A stretch of DNA of 64,000 nt from the human T2T-CHM13v2.0 reference genome, Homo sapiens, in NCBI RefSeq assembly GCF_009914755.1, contig NC_060926.1, one strand, 5' to 3'. A program made the position numbers and the translations under genes. Below the pieces are notes generated by a model. The model made no database searches. It saw only the letters and a program-made list of their open reading frames with translations, and had not been told where the DNA came from. This document shows, piece after piece, positions 55,341 through 64,000 of the stretch. How positions within the stretch are numbered: position 1 is the stretch's first letter; each line of letters begins with the position of its first letter.

Positions 55341-58300
55341 TCACTGAATCTAGACAAAGTCATGCAAAATGTCTATCTGTGAGTTTTCTGGAACATAACC
55401 TGGATTATTTGATAATATTTGAAAAACATTCTTAGTTCATTTAAAATAATAAATATCATAACCTGTAATCTTTCCTCTGCTAGAAGATTCTAGCAAATAA
55501 CAGATCCATTGGCTTAATGTTAAAATAACTGAAAAGAATTTTTATGTTTAAAGACATTAAATATAATTTCACATTCATAATTTTTAACTAATACTGTCTT
55601 TGCTTTGTTCTTATCAAATACTTCCCCAAAAGAGTAAACTATAAACGGACAATAGAAGTTATGAAGTCTTTAAATGAAAATCGTCATTCTTATCATTCAC
55701 ATTATGTAAAATATCCAATTTTATAATATCTCAACAAAGGCCAAACTACTCCATTTCTAAGCAGTGTATTTTGTAAAAGATACTCAATTTTAAAAGCACC
55801 AATATAGATGTACACAACCTTGAATTTTCATGATTAAACTTCTTTTTCCAAAGTATATTGTTTGAATTGTCCTGTGGTTAGGATCTCTCATTTTTGCCTC
55901 CTGAGCAGAAAATATAGCAAGATTCAGGACAGAAAACTCTCTTCCTTTTCCAAAGAGAGAGGTAGGAAAGGGAAACGTATTAGGAAAGGAAGGAAAGAGA
56001 ATAAATCAAATTTAAAAGGCCAGATCAATGCACCTTTGTAGATTTCTGTGTAACTCCAGGGGCTCACATACCCCATTTTAGAGACTACTGACATGGAAGC
56101 TACCCCATCTTCTTGATTGAAGAATGGAATGGCTTATTAAAATATTATACACAAAAATATGAATGAAACAATTATATGTATAGGCCTGTGTTTGGAAATC
56201 TCGGCCTTTATCAAACAGACTTGCACAGGAATTTGAAAGGTAACTGGATTAGTTTTAAACATAGATTATAGTATAACTCCCAAGGCAAGAGCAATGGGAG
56301 TATGATAGAAATATCATGAAAGAGAAGGTGACAAGAGAGTGTCTTAAAAGAAAGGTTGCAATCTGAAAGGACAAGGCTGAAATAAAAAAATATCAAAGAT
56401 GTGCCTGGGACTGTCTGTTGGTAAAAACAGCATTAAGGAAAAGGAGGAGCTGCTTTCGTTATTATTCTGTATGAAATATGAATGCAGGTCAATGCTACAA
56501 AACAGAAAAAACAAAGGCAGGATCTCAAAGAGAAGACTGAAATGACTGATTGCAGCCCAGGGTGCTAGATGCAGAGCCAGTGGGGAAATAGACATTAGGA
56601 GATTTTTATTGCATTGAATTGAAAGGAAGGCATATCAAGTGAGTCCTGGTGACTGTAGTTGCCGTAATCACAAATGTCTCAACTTTGTAAGAAAGTGTAA
56701 GTGTCTCAGAGAGCAGACACAGTAAACAAAGGTAAATGTCTTCCCAAGGAAACGTAAAGATATGGTGACTGTAGTGTCTCAAATAATCTTAATGAGATAT
56801 TTTTTCCCCACTGAGTTTTAGTTCCTATGTCATAATCTCTGGGCAACGATAAGCAGACTGGCGAAGCTGAACCTAGAAAGTTGTTGTGGCTTGACTCTTC
56901 CCATAGATATCATTGAGTCTCTCGTGTGGTTTTGGACAAGACGAACATTGATTGTCCGGTTTATATGAAGCATTGAGTTCTGGGAATATCGTTTGTGCCT
57001 AGGACAAGAATCTAATAACCAGAGAATCACTTGCATTTCTAAGATTTATTGTGGAGGTTTATACTCTACATCTTCTGTGCCCAATTATAAGAGTTGATAT
57101 AGTAAAGGCTCTTAAATTTGGGTTGGATTAATTCCAATTTTGAAAATGTTGAAGAAGCCATACTCAGTCTATGTAAAGACAGCCCACTGTTCCTGCTGAA
57201 AGAACCCCAAGTCTATTCAGACTTTACAACAAAAAAGGCCAACTCTGGCAAGACAGAGAAAATAAATGAACAAGCAATTGGGGAATTTTATTCCAGACTT
57301 TATTTTTTCTTGAATATGTAATTAATTACTTTGGACTTTGATCATGCTTTACTTTCACCTACTAGGGAAAGAAGGTTACATTTTTGATATTTAATTTCTT
57401 CCTGAGAATTTCTTAATTCAAACCATGTACACCTCTATGTGGTTAACATGTATGTTGCATAACCTCTGATGAGTTCTATTGTGCAAGGTATCTGGACACA
57501 ATTTGGGATAACTATTAGAATAGAGAATACAATTTTGGTCTTAGAATTTACTATATTAATGTCCTTTCATGACCTATTTTTAGAGCTTTCTGGCAATAAC
57601 AAGTAACTGGAACATGAGTGTCCCCAAAAAATAAGAAAAAGAACAATGCTAGGTACAGTGAGGAGGCCTGCTGATCAGCTGATCTCCTCCCCAGATGTAG
57701 CTAGCCATGTGCTTGATCCACTACAAACCTTAATTGTTAAGCCTAACAAATTAAGAGACAGGAAACTGCAAAGTATTAACTAAGGATATTGGGGAAGAAC
57801 ACTTATTTATTACTCCTCCTGTATGTATAGAGGGGACAAAATTATATTCCATTATTCAGGAGGAAAAAAATAATAAAGAAGCATTTTCAGCTGCTTTGTT
57901 CTGTCTTTCATTCCCTTTGTGAGAGAAATGCCTTACCTGATTATTTTGTCAGAAGAAACTTACTTTCCTTTTATCCTGTTTCCACATCTGTCTTTTTATG
58001 AAGAGGTTGCATTTTGCTTGTTCCTTTGTGGCAGGACGTTGTTGTCCAGCAGGCTCATTAACTAGGTAGGTAAATCAGTTTAATTTAGGAACTTAAGTCC
58101 ATTTTTCCTGTCTATTCAATATTAATTTCTTCAATCAATTTTATCAGTAATATAAACATAATTTCAATCTCCAATTGTTTGATCAATGTCTACTTTTCAA
58201 ATGATTGTGAAGGTGCAAGGGGTGCAAGAATTAGGGTGTTATTTCTATTTTGGATAAAATATGGAGGTTTTGGTACCATATGTGAACCAATGGGGTTTAC

Positions 58301-59555
58301 TAGTTTCTCAATACCTTAAAAGTCTGATTGTTTCCAGATACTACATCTATTTTTTTTTTTTTTTTTTTGGTTTGCCAGAATTACTTTTGATGACAGACAG
58401 TAGTCAGTGTAAAATCTGGTGTCTTCTGCCCAGAAACATCAAAACTTTATTTGAGTGATAACAGAGGATTAAAAAGAAAGATGTGGGCTCATAATACAGG
58501 AAAACTTACAAGCAATAATAAAATATGTTGGCAATAGAGATAACTGAATTTTTGTTCAAATTACAAAAAAAAATCAATAATTAATTTTGTTTTTTAAGTT
58601 GCATTTCTCCCTAAATTTATCTCACCTCAAAATAATCAACAGTAGCAATATTGTGTTGACAAATGAAAGTCTTTAATTTGAATTTAAAACTGGTATTTTA
58701 CAAGGTCTACCTTGTTTCTGCCAAAAAGACAATGATCACATCTTTTAGACAGGAGAAAAATTTAAAAATCCCAAAAAATTAAAATAAATCACATAGAATT
58801 TTCAACCAATAAATGATTAATGGGAATTTTTTTTTCCTGTTGTGTACACATACAATTATTTTAAACTAATGACTTTTAATCTAATTAATAATTATCTTCC
58901 TGTTTTCTTCTTTCACATTTTGCTTTCCAATCAAGAGATGTAGTATTTTTAAATTTACTATGCTATATGAATTATCTATTGCACCAGGTAGAATGATTTT
59001 GGATGCAAAGAAAACTCTATAAAAAGGGGCTTAATGGGGGCAAAAAATATGGAGATTGGGTGGTCTTTCCCAAATGAGAACCTCTCAACAATATTATCAA
59101 GTTCTCAAGTTCCTTCTATCTCTGCTAAGCCATTTACAGTGATTGACTTATCCTCTAAGGCTTACATCCCTTTTGATCCAAAGGTAGCTACCACACTTCT
59201 AGGTGACACAAGCAGATAAGAAGACAATATCCAGATCCTGAAGCTGTGTTTTTCTCCTGTGCATCATTTTCAAAAACAAGGAAAATAATATCTAGACATC
59301 TCCAGTGAAGCTCTTCTCATTACTTGGCAGAAGTAAATCTAATGCACCCTTCTAAGCCAATAAAGGAAAATGAATTGAATTATTAGAAATGATATTTAAA
59401 TATTGAACAATCATTGTAACATGGTCACCTTCCAGTTAGAACTGAATATAACTAATCAGAATGGGCAAAGGCCATCAACCATTAAAGAAGAATATTCGGT
59501 TGTCTGTTATCTGCCTATCTGTATAGCACTAGGAATTGCTATTGTTGCCTTACAT

Positions 59556-59750
59556 TAGTGGTGCTTAAACTATGTTCTTTGAAGCAGCAACTTCAGCATC
59601 ATTTGGAAACTAGTTAGTAATGGAAGTCCTAGGGTTCCACCTCAAACCAACTGAGTTAGAAAGCACTGAGGATGGATGGGACCCAGCAATCTGTATCTTA
59701 CCAAGCCCTCCAGGTAATTACAATGCATGCTACAATGTTAAAATCATAGG
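59556..59750. mobile_element. MER5A (hAT-Charlie) fossil
   Basis: agtggtgcttaaact...cagcatcatttggaaactagttag...cccagcaatctgtatcttaccaagccctccaggtaatt. Confidence 0.75.
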
Positions 59751-60738
59751 CATAGACAAATCATTATCCTACCCTGAAACACACAGACACCAAATAAATA
59801 CCTCAACTAAGGGCTTAGTAGGGCCAATATTATACAGGAAGAAATTGAGGGAACAGAGAACCAATAGTGTTTCTAACATATCTACCTTCTCCTTTTTATC
59901 TTTAAATAATTGAGAAATTCAGAAGAATTATAGAGAGTGGTCAGGTAATACACAAATTAAAGTAGAAAATTGATACTACAATATGGTTAATTATACCCTA
60001 CTTGCTTTTAAAAATTTGTAGTGAAAGTAGTCATGAACAGACATGAATTATTTTTCCTGTAATAATTCTGGTAAGCTGGAGTGTGCTGGAGATATTTCAA
60101 ACAGAGTGAGTTAACAGATTGTGTAACTCTACCAATAATTATTAAGCACCTACTATATGCCTGGTTCTAGAGTATACACGAATTATCTTGCATTTCTTCT
60201 TAAGCCATGTTAAAATGTATCTTAAACACACATGAGAAAGGGCAAGCTTACAGTAAAGGAATTTCTTAAGTATAAGGTGATTTGATTCTTAGAACCCAAG
60301 ACTTTTTCTAGAAGACTCATCACTGCATCACTGGCTTCTTAGAGAGTAAAACAATGTTGATAGTCTTGAGATAGAATGCTTTAATATTGAGCATGCATAC
60401 AGATAACAAGTAATATTTTATTAATGTATAATTCTTTCAGGGGTTTCTGTCAACTTTTATGAACTCCCAGGAGGGGATCACTTGTGATAATGCTTCTAGA
60501 GTAAAAGATGTTTTCAGAAGTTCCAATCTGCTCTTCATTGACACTTTCCCTACAGAGATAGGAGCATGAAAATGGTTTTCTTTAAAAGAGTTGTAAGCTT
60601 AAAAGAAAAGGCAAACTTAAAAGTTTTCAGAACATCAAAGAGAATAATCATATATTTCATAAAATATATGTATCTTGATATGTCAGCCAGTATGTGTTTT
60701 CAACAGAAGAAAATAGTTGTAAAAACCCTCAATAGTAG

Positions 60739-60885
60739 GCAAACATAAAGGTTAAATTCGGGCTTATTTTAATTCTACTGTAATATCTAAACTAGTTTTA
60801 TCATATTGTTTCTTTTTTTTAACCCTCTGACAAAGAGACTTTACACAAAAAGTGAGACATTTGCAAACTGATGAATCATTATTAA
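60739..60885 (+). repeat. Direct repeat copy 1 (~150 bp)
   Basis: gcaaacataaaggttaaattc...aaaaagtgagacatttgcaa.ctgatga is shared with 62746-62901. Confidence 0.9.
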
Positions 60886-61139
60886 TTCATGGGGATATGT
60901 ATATGCAGTGAAGTTTGCGACTAAAGGATATTAATAACTTGTAATTTTGCAATTATTTATTATGTTTCTTGAACCCAGCAGGTAACAGTGCTTTGAACAT
61001 TTTGACTTTATCATAGATCATAGAATTTGCCAGACCAAAACAAAAATTCCTGAAGATTGAGCAAAAAAAAATCATGTTTACTTACACTTTTCCCTCTTAT
61101 GCAATCTTATTCTCATGTTTAACTTTAAGAACTAAATGT

Positions 61140-61491
<352 letters not shown>

Positions 61492-62214
61492 TTAAAAAGT
61501 AAGAGTCTTTCTGAAGTTTTAGCTAGAACATTTGAAGAATATGCAATTATTCTGTTTGCACAATTATAAGAAAATGACTTGTGAAATTAATAACAGTAGA
61601 CTCATCTCTTTCAACCAAACTTCAGAAAATGAATGATTTTCCAAATACGTGAATATGAGTGAACTGAATGAATATGAGTGAACACTTTGCTCCTAAAATA
61701 TAAAGCCAAATACATAGAGGACATATACCAGATACTGCAACTCCACTAAATCTCAGATAATGCATTGTTACTGTGTATACTGCCGGAAAAAAACAAAAAA
61801 TCTGGAATTAAAGTTGTAAACCGACATTTTAAGACAGACACATCCTGATTTTAGAGATGTTAAAATGTGTAAATAAGTGGATTCCAGACTGTTAAAATAT
61901 ACTATATCATATTTGTTTCTCTTCCTCTTGTCATTATTTCCAGAGGTGAGAAGGACTTGTACAAATTAAGAGAGTTGACAACAACTAAAGAGGATCACCT
62001 TTTTTTTTTTTTGGAAAACTTTTGATTAGAAAAATATTAATCTCTATGATTCAGATTTTTAACTTATTTTAATTCATCCTTTATTTTATTTCAGTTAAAA
62101 CCAATACTAACTGTAAAAATGTTTTATTAAGGCAGTTATCTTAAGGTGCAGACCTGGAAATGCCACAGTAACTTATCAACAATTTGGAACCTGCGGCTAA
62201 ACCACAGATCTAAA

Positions 62215-62545
62215 TAAGGAAGATGTTGTGCCATACTTATCAATGGCTCCCCACTCCCTACAGGAAAATATGCTCACTCTCAGCACTACTTATAGGGAGT
62301 TTCAGCCAAACTCATACCTACACCATAGCATCTCATTTGCAACTTCCCTACTTACCCTATATCATCACCATGCACAACACAATAAAGGCCAACGTCCTCA
62401 AGCTATTTCATATTTCTGTGTTTTCACAGATGCTCTTTCTCATCCTGCAATGTTCTTCCCATTGTACACTACATGGAAAATCCCTCCTCATTATTTAAGG
62501 CCCTATTCAAGTGGCTCCTGCACTCTGAAAACTTTCCTAACCTAC
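62215..62545 (+). mobile_element. L2 fragment
   Basis: tcaatggctccccactccctacaggaaaat...ttatttaaggccctattcaagtggctcc...aaaactttcctaacc. Confidence 0.55.
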
Positions 62546-63435
62546 TGTTTTAGTCAGGATTCCAGAGAGACTGAACACATAAACATATATGTGTGTATAT
62601 ATATACACACACACACATATATATGTAAAGGATATATGAGTGTGTGTGTATAAATTAACATATATATACATATATGTTAATTTATCCTTTATTTTTATAT
62701 ATGTATTCATTTATTTTGAATATATTTATAGATTATTACAGGCATGCAAACATAAAGGTTAAATTCATGCTTATTTTAATTCTGCTGAAATATTTAAACT
62801 AGTTTTATTGTATTCCTTCATATCCTGTCTTCTTTTCAGCCTTCTGAAAAATAGACTTTATTCAAAAAGTGAGACATTTGCAAGCTGATGAGTGTTATTA
62901 AGTCAATATTAAAAATTCATTACTAATTAATATTAAAAATGTATGTAATATATTATATATATAATAGTCATATATATACACATACAAAAAGAGAGAGAGA
63001 GAAGAAGGGATTTACTAGGGTAATCGACTCACTTGATTATGAAGGCTGAGGAGTCTCAACATAGGCCATTGGTGAGCTGGAGAACCAGGGAAGCCAGTAG
63101 TAGGGTTTAGTACAAGAACTAACAAAGCCAGTGGTGTAATTCTCAGTCCAAAACTGAAGCCCTGAGATCCTGGGGGATGCTGATGCCAGTCTCAGAATCC
63201 AAAAGAGAGAGAACCTGGAGTTCTGGCATCCAAGGGCAGGAGAAGAACGGTGTCGCAGTTCCAGAAGAGAGAGAGCAGGAATCTGGCAAGCATTCGCCCT
63301 TTCTCTGCATGTTCGTTCCATTGGGCCCCCAGCTAACTGGATGGTGCTTGCCCACATGGAGGGCAAATCTTCCCCACTCCATCCACAGACTCACATGCCA
63401 ATTTCCAGAAACACCCTCACAGGCACATCTGGGGC
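62546..63435 (-). mobile_element. MLT2B-like ERVL LTR, interrupted in its (TA/CA)n tract
   Basis: tgttttagtcaggattccagagaga, then gattatgaaggctgag...gctggagaaccagg...ccacagactcacatgcca...gaaacaccctcacag. Confidence 0.85.
62746..62901 (+). repeat. Direct repeat copy 2, inside the MLT2B
   Basis: Diverged copy of 60739-60885. Confidence 0.9.
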
Positions 63436-63558
63436 AGACCAGTCATTCTAATCAAAAGCAAAGCCACCAGGCTTTCTCTTTCAGCAGAAGGATGGGCTCA
63501 GTGCCTACTGAAGCATTGATAATTATTAATACAATAATTACAAATAAATAATTCTTCA

Positions 63559-63637
63559 TTAGGTTGGTGCAAGAGTAATTGCAGTTTTTGACATTAAAAG
63601 TAATGGCATTACTTTTTGACATTAAAAATTGCAATGA
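63559..63637. mobile_element. MADE1 (Hsmar1-derived MITE), right TIR truncated
   Basis: ttaggttggtgcaagagtaattgcagtttttgacatta is the MADE1 left TIR; the right side stops at aaaaattgcaat. Confidence 0.8.
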
Positions 63638-63869
63638 CAATTTCTAGCCCCTATTTTATTGTGTGTGTGTGCGTGCACATGTGTGTGTGTGTGTGTGCAT
63701 CTGTGTGTGTGTGTATCTGAGAATGCATTAAGGGACCAAATTATGTCCTTCATTTCTGTTTCTTTTATAACCATTACTATACTACACACATACATGGTAC
63801 TGAATAAAAGTTTGTTGAATCAATAATTGTTAAATGGAATCTAACAATGACAATTCTAGCCCCTATTTT

Positions 63870-63910
<41 letters not shown>

Positions 63911-64000
63911 ATGTGTGGGTGTGTACCTGTGAATCCATTAAGGGACCAAATTATGTCTTTCATTTCTGTTTCTTCTATAACAATCACTGTACGGCACACA
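63632..64000. repeat. 213 bp tandem duplication containing (TG)n (second copy runs off the window)
   Basis: caatgacaa.ttctagcccctatttta...(tg)n...cattaagggaccaaattatgtc.ttcatttctgtttctt starts at 63632 and 63845. Confidence 0.93.

Noticed and set aside
56647-56775. 13 bp direct repeat tggtgactgtagt
   Set aside because: Too short, with no poly(A) or element between the copies to make it a TSD.

Overview
AT-rich primate genomic DNA, very likely human or great ape given L1PA2 and AluY. It looks intronic or intergenic. No host protein-coding exon, RNA gene or CRISPR-like array can be supported; nearly all listed ORFs come from repeats or are chance. The window is dominated by transposable elements: a full-length but disabled L1PA2 (19179-25213, minus) with an intact antisense ORF0 and a 3' transduction, an internally deleted L1PA8 head-to-head with it, an internally deleted L1MA that keeps both ends and a TSD, about 12 Alus, MaLR/ERVL/ERV1 solo LTRs, DNA-transposon fossils and MIR/L2/L3 relics. 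Structure not explained by ordinary repeat annotation: (1) a ~340 bp, ~99% identical inverted duplication around a 979 bp spacer (42967-44626); (2) a tiny twin-primed L1 with its own 3' transduction, inserted at the same target site as an Alu; (3) a ~150 bp local templated copy inside an MLT2 microsatellite; (4) a 213 bp tandem duplication fused to a broken MADE1; (5) an inverted-repeat-framed minisatellite; (6) a strong AG|GTAAG recursive-splice-like motif. I found no convincing new biological system. Subfamily calls are from recalled consensus sequences and need RepeatMasker/Dfam confirmation.
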